Part shown: positions 49,801 through 61,800 of the stretch, piece after piece
How the letters are laid out: each line of letters starts with the position of its first letter
How positions within the stretch are numbered: the first letter of the stretch is position 1
Assembly (NCBI RefSeq): GCF_963921235.1
Contig: NC_086097.1
Coordinates: forward strand, 251,288,001 to 251,352,000
Length of the DNA stretch: 64,000 nt
Direction of reading: 5' to 3'
Source: Mobula hypostoma
Taxonomy: Eukaryota
Made by a program: the position numbers and the translations under genes
The notes under the pieces: model-generated
Database searches by the model: none
What the model was told of the DNA's origin: nothing
What the model saw: only the letters and a program-made list of their open reading frames with translations

Positions 49801-51926
49801 TACAGTACCAGCAGTTATGGTCGAAATGACAATAAAAAGTGACTTTGCTTGACTTGGCTTCAGTGGAGTAAAGAAAATTACTCTGGTATGAGAGAGGAGT
49901 TGGCCAAAGAAACTTGGAAGGAGATGTCGGCAGGGATGACAGCAGAGCAGCAATGGCTTGAGTTTCTGAGAAAACAGGAAGGCATACAACAAAGCAAAAA
50001 TTAGTGGAAAGATAGAGGATTGGGAAGCTTTTAAAAACCCACAGAAAACAACTAAACAAATCATTAGAAGGGAAAAGATGAAATATGAAAGCAAGCTAGC
50101 AAACAATATCAAGGTAGATAGAAAAAGCTTTTTCAAGTATATAAAAATAAAAGAAAGATGAGAGTGGATATGGGACCACTAGAAAATGAGGCCAGAGAAA
50201 TAATAATGGGGGACAAGGAGATGGCAGATGAAGTAAATGAGTACTTTTCATCAGTCTTTACTGTAGAACACACTAACAGTGTGCCAGGTGTTGAAAGGTG
50301 TGAGGGAAGAGAAGTGAGTGCAGTTACTATTACAAAGGAGAAGGTGCTCAAAAAGCTGAAAGACCTGAAGGTGCATAAGCCACCCGAATCAGATGAACTA
50401 CACCCTCGGGTTCTGAAAGAGGTAGTGGTAGAGGCATTAGTAATGATCTTTCAAACATCATTGGACTCTGGCATGGTTCTGGAGGACTGGAAAATTGCAA
50501 ATGTCATTCCACTCTTTATGAAAGAAGGAAGGCAGCAGTAAAGAAACCAGTTAGCCTGACCCTAAGTGGTTGGGCTGATGTTAGAGTCAATTGTTAAGGA
50601 TGAGGTGATGGAGTTATTGGTGACACAGGACAAGATAGTACAAAGTCAGCATGGTTTCCTTAAGAGGAATTCTTGCCTGATGAAACTGTTGAAATTCTTT
50701 GAGGAGATTACAAGTAGGATAGATAAAGGGGACGTAGTGGACTTTCAGAATGCCTTTGACAAGTTGCCACACATGAAGCTGTTTACCAAGTTAACAGTCC
50801 ATGATATTGCAGGAAAGTTATTCGCATGGTTAGAGCATTAGCTGATTGGTAAAAGGCAGTGAGTGAGAATAAAAGGATCCTTGTCTGGTTGGCTGCCAAT
50901 GAATAATGGTATTCTGCAGGGGTCGGTGTTGGGACTACTCTTTTTTATGCTGTATATAAATGATTGAGATGATAAAATAGATGACTTTGTTGCCAAGTTT
51001 GCAGATGATACAAAGATTGGTGGAGGGGCAGGTAGTGTTGAGGAAATAGGCTGCAGAAGGACTTAGACAGATTAGGAGAATGGGCACAAAAGTGGCAAAT
51101 GAAATACAACATTGGAAAATGCATGGTCATGCACATTAGTAGTAGAAATAAATATGCAAACTATTTTCTAAACAGGGAGAAAATCCAAAAATCTGAGATG
51201 CAAAGGGACTTGGGAGACTTTGTGCAGAACACCCTAAGGTTAACTTGCAGGTTGAGTCAGTGGTGAGGAAGGTAAATGTAATGTTAGCATTCATTTCAAG
51301 AGGTCTAGAAAACAAGAGGAGGGGTGTGATGCTGAGGCTTTATAAAGCACTGGTGAGGCCTCACCTTGAGTATTGTGAACAGTTTTGGGCTCCTTGTCTA
51401 AGAAAAGATGTTCTGACATTGGAGAGGATTCAGAAGAGGTTCACAAGGATGATTCCAGGAATGAAAGGGCTATCATATGAGGAACATTAGATAGTTCTGG
51501 GTCTGTACTCACTGGAATTTAGAAGAATGAGGGGGAATCTCATTGAAACCTTTCAAATGTATAAAGGCATAGACAGAGTAGGTGTGGAAAGGATGTTTCC
51601 CATGGTGGGGGAGTCTAGGACAAGAGGGCACAGCCTCAGGATGGAGGGGCATCCATTTAAAACAGAGATGCAGTGAAATTTCTTCAGGCAGAGTTGGTAA
51701 ATTTGTGGAATTTGTTACCATGGGCAGCTGTGGAGGCCGGATCATTGCGTGTACTTAGGTGGAGATCGAAAGGTTTTTGATTGGCCACGGCATCAACGGT
51801 TATGGGGAGAAGGCCGGGGAGAGGGACTTAGTAGGGGAAAAAAGGATCAACCATGATTAAATGGCGGAGAAGACTTGATGGACCAAATGGCCTAATTCTG
51901 CTTCTATGTCTTATGGTTTTATGGTC
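46880..51926 (+). mobile_element. Near-full-length decayed CR1 with nested insertions
   Basis: ORF1 remnants (C..C, VIGDS), ORF2 endonuclease and RT fragments, 3' tail at about 51905-51926. Nested CR1 tail 48383-48717 (tttagag duplicated) and Rex-like tail 48888-49858. Confidence 0.88.
49023..49660 (-). mobile_element. Non-autonomous LINE-derived element nested in a Rex-like 3' fragment
   Basis: Minus-strand 5' end gggaggagaagatggaggcgcgacgcagc (CpG-rich) and (aatct)n tail. The uninterrupted host sequence is seen at 63662-64000. Confidence 0.6.
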
Positions 51927-53256
51927 TAAATGTCACAACAGTGTGGATGGAGGCCTTGTTGATCCTCTCAGTAGTTTTTACTTTCATCTGTAGGGTCTCG
52001 CAGTTCAATACCTTGCAGCTTCTGTACCATATAATCATCAGCCAGACAGGAAAGTCTTGATGATGCTACTGTAGAAAGTTGTTAGAATGGGGTGGGGAGA
52101 CACTGCTGCGTTTTGCTGTCTAGTGAGGAGGTGTTGTGGGTCCAGGTTAGACCGTCTGTTATGTGCACACCAAGAAACTTGGTGCTCTTCACTCTATCCA
52201 TGTCAGAGCTTTGATGTGCAATGGAAACTGGCTGACTTGTGCCTTCCTGAAGTCCACATCATTAAGACTCTTTCACTTGGTGGAACCTACCTTTATACTG
52301 AGTAACTTCTTACAACTGCTGTCACTTTCTCCTAGCCAAAGGTAGAGGTGTGGCCCCAGGTTATACCTGTCTCCAAAAATCCAACGAATTTTTAGAGACT
52401 TTCTCAGGGATCTACCCCCCACCTCCTTTTCACTCATCTCGTACCAAGAAAGGATCAACTTTATTTGCCGATTATATTTACCTGAATTAGGAATTTGCTG
52501 TGGTGTTTTGTTCAGGGAGTGACATGTAACAAAATACAGGAACTTTCAACAATCATAAGGAATTATATAATTCAAATTAAATTTCTAATAAATAAAGCTT
52601 TACAAACAGTGGTTTAAAGTGTTTGCAGTGCAGTAACTGATAGAGGAGGATGGGGGGAATTGAATTGATTGATCAGATTAACTGCCTGGGGAAGAAACTT
52701 TAAAGGTAGATTGAAGTTTTTGTTTTTATAGCCCTATAGCGCTTCCCTGAAAAGGCAAATAAAACTATTACTACATCAATGTTATGTGGAATTCGTTGCC
52801 ATAGACGGATGCATTGGGTGCATTTAAAGTGAAGGATGATAGCGTCTTGATTACTCAGGGTGTTAAAGGTTACAGGGAGAAGGCAGGAGAATGGGGTTGA
52901 GAGGGATAGTAAATCAGCCATGATGGAATGGCAGAGCAGATATGATGGACCAAATGACATAATTCTCTCCTATGTCTTTTGGTCTCTAGGAACCACGTAT
53001 TTATTTTTCTGTCTGTCTGAGCCATGTGTCTACTTCCTGTCTGTGTTGTATTTTGTGGCACATTTATTATGATGATCTGTCTCATGGCTTGGGGTGTGGT
53101 AGAAACAAATGAGTATAGTTACATATTCATGCTTGTGGTTAGTTGTGAGAGGCAGCCAGCGAATTATATTTTTCTGTTGACCACTAAGGACACTTAAATA
53201 GACTAACTTTGCTAAATGAAGCACTAATTTAGTTTGGCAACTAACTACGCTAAGTA

Positions 53257-53590
53257 ACATACATAAAAGTTGCTGGTGAACGCAGCAGGCCAGGCAGCAT
53301 CTCTAGGAAGAGGTGCAGTCGACGTTTCAGGCCGAGACCCTTCGTCAGGACTAACTGAAGGAAGAGTGAGTAAGGGATTTGAAAGTTAGAGATCCAAAGT
53401 GATGGATCTCCCCCTCCCCCTCCAACTTTCAAATCCCTTACTCACTCTTCCTTCAGTTAGTCCTGACGAAGGGTCTCGGCCTGAAACGTCGACTGCACCT
53501 CTTCCTAGAGATGCTGCTTGGCCTGCTGCATTCACCAGCAACTTTTATGTGTGTTGCTTGAATTTCCAGCATCTGCAGAATTCCTGTTGT
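53257..53590. mobile_element. Fold-back Penelope pLTR insertion with 15-bp TSD
   Basis: Arms 53257-53387 and 53424-53555 are near-perfect inverted repeats; TAACTACGCTAAGTA at 53242-53256 and 53591-53605. Confidence 0.92.
53459..53494 (+). ncRNA. Minimal type-I hammerhead ribozyme motif (Penelope-associated)
   Basis: AGTC-CTGACGA-AGG(gtctcgg)CCT-GAAA-CGTC^-GACT: full catalytic core, stems I and II, and a palindromic ACGT in place of stem III. Confidence 0.7.
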
Positions 53591-53777
53591 TAACTACGCT
53601 AAGTATCACTTTGTTATATTGTTAATTGGAACCCTTAGTTATGCTGATTTGAATGCTAAGATCATTTTTTATTGCTACAAGATTCTCAATTTGAAAATTC
53701 GTTGTTTGGAAGCACGTCATACAGTGCTGATTATAGTCTCTTAACGGTTTTGATTTGTTTTCAAGTAACCGCTTTTT

Positions 53778-54100
53778 AAATTAAATTAAAGGCATCCGTT
53801 AGTCTTGTGAGATCATGGATCTGCGCCTGGAAAGTCTTCACTCTCCAGGGCGCAGGCCTGGGCAAGGTTGTATGGAAGACCAGCATTTGCCCATGCTGCA
53901 AGTCTCCCCTCTCCACGACACCAATGTTGTCCAAGGGAAGGGCATTAGGACCCATACAGCTTGGCACCAGTGTCGTCGCAGAGCAATGTGTGATTAAGTG
54001 CCTTGCTCAAGGACACAACACGTTCCCTCGGCTGGGGGGGTCAAACTCACGACCTTCAGGTAGCTAGTCCAATGCCTTAACCACTTGGCCACGTGCCCAC
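53778..54100 (-). mobile_element. tRNA-derived SINE (copy 2)
   Basis: Same family as 46112-46410; its head lies about 45 nt upstream of the U12 branch site. Confidence 0.85.
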
Positions 54101-54172
54101 CTCCGCTAAAGTGTTATTAATAGTATTTTCATCATTAAAGATGTTTTTTCCTTGATTAGTTTAATTTTGCAG

Positions 54173-54271
54173 ATCTACATCTTGAAGATAATTCAGCCCC
54201 TTACAGATTTGGTATTTCCGATATTATGACTGCAACCAGCATTATATTAACCATTATTTCTGAACCACACA
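54173..54271 (+). CDS. ESRP1: ESRP1 coding exon 5 (99 nt)
   Basis: tttgcag|AT CTA...; (Y)LHLEDNSAPYRFGISDIMTATSIILTIISEPH + 1 nt; donor gtgagt; alignable to ESRP1 YLNFE...RYG.S...IIL.MISEPY. Confidence 0.9.
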
Positions 54272-54338
54272 GTGAGTAATACTATTTATATGCTTTAATA
54301 TGAATGGGTTTACCATTCTGGTCTATAATAGATGGGGC

Positions 54339-54645
54339 TGTAATGAGAGAGCTCTGGGTGGTGGCAGAGGAAGGTTTAGAATACACTCTGACTTAGACGA
54401 AATAAACACGACAACACAAGCAATACTCAAAGACTGAATGACAAGCAGTAGGACTGGGAATGGAACTCTGTGCTCAATCATGCGTGCTCAGCACGGACCT
54501 TTTACGTCCATACCGCCCATGAAGGAATGCGGCAGGCAATAACTGGCAGCCTGACCCTTAAAGGGACAGAGGCAGCTAACCACACCCGGGACAATTGGAG
54601 CACTGAAACATGGATGCCTGCCGCTGTTCGGTCAGGACCATAACA
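54339..54645. mobile_element. Probable solo LTR (307 bp) in intron 5
   Basis: TGTAATG...CATAACA termini; imperfect 5-bp TSD ggggc/tgggc. Confidence 0.55.
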
Positions 54646-54880
54646 TGGGCAGCCCAGTAGCATAGCAGTTAGTCTAAACCTATTATAGCAACAGTGACCT
54701 GGGTTCAACTCCACCACAGTCTGTAAGGAGTTTGTGCGTTCTCCCAGTGACCGCGTGGGTTTCCTCCCACGTTCCAGAGACATACCGGTTAGAAGCTTAA
54801 CTGGTCACATGGGTGTAACTGGGTGGTGAGGGTTCACTGGACTCGAAAGGATTGTTACAGTGCTGTATCTCAAAATAAGT
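54646..54880 (+). mobile_element. HE1-like tRNA-derived SINE
   Basis: A/B-box-like head (gggttcaactcc), gtctgtaaggagtttgt..ttctccc.gtgaccgcgtgggtttcctcc core; related decayed copies at about 19075-19310 and 19473-19710. Confidence 0.7.
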
Positions 54881-54914
54881 TTTGAAAATTAAAATAATGT
54901 TTTGCACTGTTCAG

Positions 54915-54969
54915 ACCACAGGTTTGTAGATCCAGAAAGGGTGAATCACAAATTTGAAACAGGGACTTG
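54915..54969 (+). CDS. ESRP1: ESRP1 coding exon 6 (55 nt)
   Basis: tgttcag|AC CAC...TG|gtaagt; (N)HRFVDPERVNHKFETGT(C), cf. ESRP1 NHRFSDPERVNYKFESGTC. Confidence 0.95.
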
Positions 54970-56065
54970 GTAAGTCTTCATGCTTTAATTGTGAAAATCG
55001 CTGTCTGTGATTTAAATATTTGCTTGTTTACTCTGTGGTAGTACATTTCCTTCTTTATTGTCTGTGTGCACATTAAACTTTTTTTTAACAAAAAAATGTG
55101 TATTTTCTGGAAGTCTCCTGCCTTCTCCCTGTATCGGTGAAGCCCTTACTAATCATGAAGCTATCAACATCAGATTAAAATATACCCAATGATCTGGTCT
55201 CCAGAACTGTCTGTGACAAAGTTTATTATCAAAGTACCGGATACATACTTTATACAAGAGCAGGCTCAACGGGCTCCTAAGTCTTATGGTATTGAAGGTA
55301 ACTAATTAACATTGGTGATGAATTAGACCATAAGACCATTAGACATAGGAACAGAAATAGGCTGTTTGGCCCATCGAGTCTGCTCCACTACTCCGTCATG
55401 GCTGATTCATTATCCCTCTCAACCCATTCACTCGCCTTCTCCCCGTAACCTTTGATACCCTGACTAATTAGTTGAGCAAGATGCCCAGTTGAGAAATGAT
55501 GGCAGGATATAATTTCTTGGGATCTGCACTGGGCTCTTGGCTTTGCTGGACAGCTTGATTGGCTTAGTCTGGAGCATAGAGTATGGTACTCAGGATGTTG
55601 TCTGGATCCTGAGCCATCTCTTTTTCATGTGGACTGAACTGAACTGGTGGTGGCCTGATTATTCTGCTGGGTATCGCATGAAGAAACCAATAGAGAGGTT
55701 TATTACTGTCACATGTACCCAGATGCTGTGAAAAGCTTTTGTTCATGTGCCATTACACTTTTAAATTCACATGTCTGTACATTGTGACGGGGTCCTAATG
55801 CAAAGTCTTTTACTCCCTCATGTTGTGGGATGGATGAAAGACTTAAATAAATTCTAAACTCTATTCATCCAGACACATCGTTCCAAATATAGATCATAAG
55901 CCAGAGAAGCAGAATTACTTCTTCATGAGGCTAAAGGAATTCGGCACATCCCCCTCGGCCCTCACAAACGTTTATCACGGCACCTTAGAAAGCATCCGCT
56001 CCGGACACATCACAGCTTGATACGGTACCTGCTCTGCCCATTGCCTCAGGAAACTGTACATCATA

Positions 56066-56321
56066 GAAACCACAACATCAACCGATTCTCCTCTGTCTAT
56101 CCTGCTTGGTGTTTCTTCAAAGAATTCCAACCAATTTGTCAGGCAAGATTTTCCCTTGGGGAAACCATGCTGACTGCGGCCTATTTTATCATGTGTCTCC
56201 AAGTACCCTGAGACCTCATCCTTGATAATCGACTCCAACATCTTCCCAACCGCTGAGGTCAGACTAACTAGCCAATAATTTCCTTTCTTCTGCCTTCTTG
56301 AAAAGTGGAGTGACATTTGCA
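56066..56321 (-). mobile_element. CR1 RT fragment
   Basis: GNYWLVSLTSAVGKMLESIIKD...SQHGF. Confidence 0.75.
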
Positions 56322-57422
56322 AAGAACTCTTTTGATTTAGTGTGTTTTTCCCTATTATTATTTTTTGTTGTTGTTTGGGTGTATTTTTTAACATGGGGTT
56401 GATGGTTTTCTTTAAGTGAGTTCCATGGTGTTTCTTTGTTTTGAGGCTGTCTGTGGGAAGATGAGCCTCAGGATTGTATACTGCATACATACTCTGATAA
56501 TAAATGCACTTTGAACATATGAGAAGTGTGAGGTGTTTCTCTTCACCTATGAAAGAGTGTAAGAGGAAAAAAGTATGATTGGAGAAAGCCTCCAATTTAT
56601 ATTTTGATTATCGCAGTAAATTGAATGTAGTGGAATGTTTCCTGAATCCGCCTGAACTTCAATAAAATAATAGTTTAAAAACTTGACTTAAATATTCCTG
56701 CAAAAATGTAGGATTAGGATTGAATGATGAACTCCAAGACATAATTATTTACAACAAAACCAGTCATTCCTTCAGCAGGGATTCTATTTCAATTTGGTAA
56801 TTTGATTATTTTTCTCTGCATCTTAAAATTAGGAAGATTCATTCCCCTCCTTATCCTGGCTCCCCTCTTACCTCTTTCCCCCTCATCTACCAGCACCTCC
56901 CCTTTACCTCTTCCTCCTATCACCTCCCAGCTTCTCACTTCATCTCCCTCCCCTCACCTACCCGCCGTCCCCCTCATCTGGTCTTACCTATCACTTCCCC
57001 TCCCCGCCCTCTTATTCTGGCTTCTTCCCCCTTCCTTTCCCGTCCCAGTGAAGGGTCTCGGCCCAAAACATCGACTCTTTATGGTTGAATAGTAACTGTT
57101 CCCTGAACTTGATGGTGTGGGTTCTGAGGTTCCCGTATCTTCTTCCTGATGGCAGCAGTGTGAAGAGAGCATGCCCTGGGCAGTGGGGGTCCCTGACGAT
57201 GGACACTGCTTTCCTGTGACAATGCTCTGTGTAGGTGTGCTCAGTGTCGGGGAGGGCTTTACCAGTGATAGACTGGACCTTATCCACGGCTTTTTGTAGG
57301 ATTTTCCATTGTCCTTCCGGTCTCCTCTTGTGAACAGAGGAGTTTGTTCAAAATAAAATCTAACACCTAACATTGTCTGAATGGTGGGTGAAGGAATATA
57401 ACTGTCTTCTTTTTATTTTCAG

Positions 57423-57533
57423 CAGCAAGATGGAGATGATTGACGATAATACAGTCATCAGAGCCAGGGGGTTACCCTGGCAGACGTCTGATCAAGACGT
57501 CGCTAGATTCTTCAGCGGTCTCAACATAGTTAA
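57423..57533 (+). CDS. ESRP1: ESRP1 coding exon 7 (111 nt), start of RRM1
   Basis: ttttcag|C AGC...AA|gttagt; (C)[36 protein letters not shown](K), containing the qRRM motif RARGLPW. The next exon was not found in the window. Confidence 0.96.
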
Positions 57534-57786
57534 GTTAGTATTGGATTTTTAAAATATAATACAACTGGATAATGATAGCATAACAATTTTATTAAATTAC
57601 AATATATTTAGTTATCAAGTTCAAGTTTATTGTCATACAATCAAATAGAACAAAGTTCCTGCAGATCACAGTGCACCCACAAAGTATATCACACACAGCA
57701 CACAGAACTAAATATTACCATAAATAAGTTAGTTAAATATAATTCAAACTGCATGTAGTGCGCAAAAAAAAAGATCATCTGTGCGT

Positions 57787-57858
57787 CTTCATGTTGGGGA
57801 ACTGAACCCTTGTTATGCATGTGACAGGCAGGATTACTAACCACTATAATAACAAGGA
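57787..57858 (-). pseudogene. Decayed tRNA-Asp(GTC) pseudogene
   Basis: The reverse complement tccttgttattatagtggttagtaatccctgcctgtcacatgcataacaagggttcagttccccaacatgaag aligns over 72 nt with vertebrate tRNA-Asp-GTC. Stems are disrupted; a T9 run lies 14 nt downstream. Confidence 0.8.
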
Positions 57859-58895
57859 ACCACAATTGTTTACCTTGGCCTGTTTTCTGGGTTATTTATT
57901 ACTTTTCCCTTCCATTTTAATCACTATATGTTGTTTACTTCAGGTGTCTATATACACAGTCTTGCACATGGCTGTTGAGTGAATGCAGTATTTGGCAACT
58001 TCTGGTCTAGATGCACGTCTATATTCACGTCCTTCTACAGACGTGCAGTAGAAAGCATCCTAACATGCTGCATCACTGCATGGTATGGAAACTGCACTGC
58101 GGCAGACAGGAAGGTTCTACGACAGGAAGTAAAAACTGCCCAATGCACCAACCAGAAAAGGGCCGGCAACATGAAGTAGGAGCCTACCCACCCTGCTCAT
58201 GGACTGTCTGTCCCACTCCCATCAGGGAGGAGGTTACGTAACATCTACACCAGGACCACCAGACTCAAAAACAATTACTTCCCCCCAAGCAGTGAGGCTG
58301 ATCAACACCTCCACCCACTAACCCACCCACCACACCCCCAACCACCACTACTTTATCATTTCCTGTCAGTCACCTTATATACAGACACTCCTGTGTCACT
58401 TTATGGATGTACAATCAATCTATGCATATCATCTACATTCTCTATTTATACTTGTAGTTATTGTGTTTTTATCCTTCTGTGTTTTTTTTTATGCTGCATT
58501 GAATCCAGGGTTACAATGAAATAATTCTCCTTTACACTTGTGTACTGGATATGACACTAACCAATCTTGAATCTTCAATCTTCAAAATAAACTTTTCTAA
58601 ACTCCACAAGTAACAGCTTCCATGATCTCAAGCTCTGTATTTCCTCTTGAAAATCCCGCTTTTATAAATGTTTCTCATGTAAAGGTATGTATTTAACAAA
58701 AGCATTAGAAACACAGAATCAGGTTTGTTACATTGATTTATCTGATGTGAAATGAGTTCTTTTACAATGGCAGTACAGTGCAAACTCATTAAATTACAAA
58801 CAAATAGTGTAAACAAAAAGAATCACAAGGGGCAGTTCAGAGATTCAGAAATCTGATGGTGGAGGGGAAGAAGCTGTTGAACTTGAAACAGCTCA

Positions 58896-61800
58896 TTCAC
58901 ACACAACCATCCCCATGTATACCAGCAAACAAAACAACATCCCTCTGGACCAGGGTGACAACACAGTACGTATAACTCACACACAACCATCCCCATGTAT
59001 ACCAGCAAACAAAACAACATCCCTCTGGACCAGAGTGACAACACAGTACATGTAACTCACACACAACCATCCCCATGTATACCACCAAACAAAACAACAT
59101 CCCTCTGGACCAGAGTGAAAACGCAGTACATATAACTCACACACAACCGTCCCCATGTATACCAGCAAACAAAACAACATCCCTCTGGACCAGAGTGACA
59201 ACACAGTACATATAACTCACACACACACATCCCCATGTATATCACCAAACAAAACAACATCCCTCTGGACCAGAGTGACAACACAGTACATATAACTCAC
59301 ACACACACATCCCCATGTATACCACCAAACAAAACAACATCCCTCTGGACCAGGGTGACAACACAGTACGTATAACTCACACACACACATCCCCATGTAT
59401 ATCACCAAACAAAACAACATCCCTCTGGACCAGGGTACACAACACAGTACATGTAACTCACACACAACCGTCCCCATGTATACCAGCAAACAAAACAACA
59501 TCCCTCTGGACCAGGGTGACAACACAGTACGTATAACTCACACACAACCATCCCCATGTATACCAGCAAACAAAACAACATCCCTCTGGACCAGAGTGAC
59601 AACACAGTACATGTAACTCACACACAACCATCCCCATGTATACCAGCAAACAAAACAACATCCCTCTGGACCAGAGTGAAAACGCAGTACATGTAACTCA
59701 CACACAACTGTCCCCATGTATACCAGCAAACAAAACAACATCCCTCTGGACCAGAGTGACAACACAGTACATATAACTCACACACAACCATCCCCATGTA
59801 TATCACCAAACAAAACAACATCCCTCTGGACCAGGGTACACAACACAGTACATATAACTCACACACACACATCCCCATGTATATCACCAAACAAAACAAC
59901 ATCCCCCTGGACCAGGGTACACAACACAGTACATATAACTCACACACACACATCCCCATGTATACCAGCAAACAAAACAACATCCCTCTGGACCAGAGTG
60001 AAAACGCAGTACATGTAACTCACACACAACCATCCCCATGTATACCAGCAAACAAAACAACATCCCTCTGGGCCAGGGTGACAACACAGTACGTATAACT
60101 CACACACAACCATCCCCATGTATACCAGCAAACAAAACAACATCCCTCTGGACCAGAGTGACAACACAGTACATATAACTCACACACAACCATCCCCATG
60201 TATACCAGCAAACAAAACAACATCCCTCTGGACCAGGGTACACAACACAGTACATATAACTCACACACACACATCCCCATGTATACCAGCAAACAAAACA
60301 ACATCCCTCTGGACCAGAGTGAAAACGCAGTACATGTAACTCACACACAACCGTCCCCATGTATACCACCAAACACAACAACATCCCCCTGGACCAGGGT
60401 GAAAACACAGTACATGTAACTCACACACAACCATCCCCATGTATACCAGCAAACAAAACAACATCCCTCTGGACCAGGGTGACAACACAGTACGTATAAC
60501 TCACACACAACCATCCCCATGTATACCAGCAAACAAAACAACATCCCTCTGGACCAGAGTGAAAACGCAGTACATGTAACTCACACACAACTGTCTCCAT
60601 GTATACCACCAAACAAAACAACATCCCCCTGGACCAGGGTGAAAACACAGTACATGTAACTCACACACAACCATCCCCATGTATACCAGCAAACAAAACA
60701 ACATCCCTCTGGACCAGAGTGAAAACGCAGTACATGTAACTCACACACAACCGTCCCCATGTATACCACCAAACAAAACAACATCCCTCTGGACCAGGGT
60801 GACAACACAGTACGTATAACTCACACACAACCGTCCCCATGTATATCACCAAACAAAACAACATCCCTCTGGACCAGGGTACACAACACAGTACATATAA
60901 CTCACACACAACCACCCCATGTATATCACCAAACAAAACAACATCCCTCTGGACCAGGGTACACAACACAGTACATATAACTCACACACACACATCCCCA
61001 TGTATATCACCAAACAAAACAACATCCCTCTGGACCAGGGTACACAACACAGTACATATAACTCACACACACACATCCCCATGTATATCACCAAACAAAA
61101 TAACATCCCTCTGGACCAGGGTACACAACACAGTACATATAACTCACACACACACATCCCCATGTATATCACCAAACAAAACAACATCCCTCTGGACCAG
61201 GGTGACAACACAGTACGTATAACTCACACACAACCATCCCCATGTATACCACCAAACAAAACAACATCCCTCTGGACCAGGGTGACAACGCAGTACATAT
61301 AACTCACACACACACATCCCCATGTATATCACCAAACAAAACAACATCCCTCTGGACCAGGGTACACAACACAGTACATATACCTCACACACAACTGTCC
61401 CCATGTATATCACCAAACAAAACAACATCCCTCTGGACCAGGGTGACAACACAGTACATATAACTCACACACACACATCCCCATGTATATCACCAAACAA
61501 AACAACATCCCTCTGGACCAGGGTGACAACACAGTACGTATAACTCACACACAACCACCCCATGTATATCACCAAACAAAACAACATCCCTCTGGACCAG
61601 GGTACACAACACAGTACATATAACTCACACACAACCATCCCCATGTATACCACCAAACAAAACAACATCCCTCTGGACCAGGGTGACAACACAGTACGTA
61701 TAACTCACATACAACCACCCCATGTATATCACCAAACAAAACAACATCCCTCTGGACCAGGGTGAGAACACAGTACGTATAACTCACACACAACCATCCC

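Larger units (their letters stand above)
39834..54172 (+). other. ESRP1: U12-type (minor spliceosome) GT-AG intron 4 of ESRP1, 14,339 nt
   Basis: 5' site GTATCCTTT is a perfect U12 consensus. Branch site TTCCTTGAT (54148-54156) matches TTCCTTRAY, with the branch A 17 nt from the AG at 54171-54172. Phase-1 joining keeps the frame (T+AT = Tyr). Confidence 0.93.

Noticed and set aside
21073..57533. Assignment as ESRP2
   Set aside because: Exon 2 has an ESRP2-like AEPL..VLQQ stretch, but exons 1, 3, 4, 6 and 7 ([45 protein letters not shown]) match ESRP1. A phylogeny would settle it.
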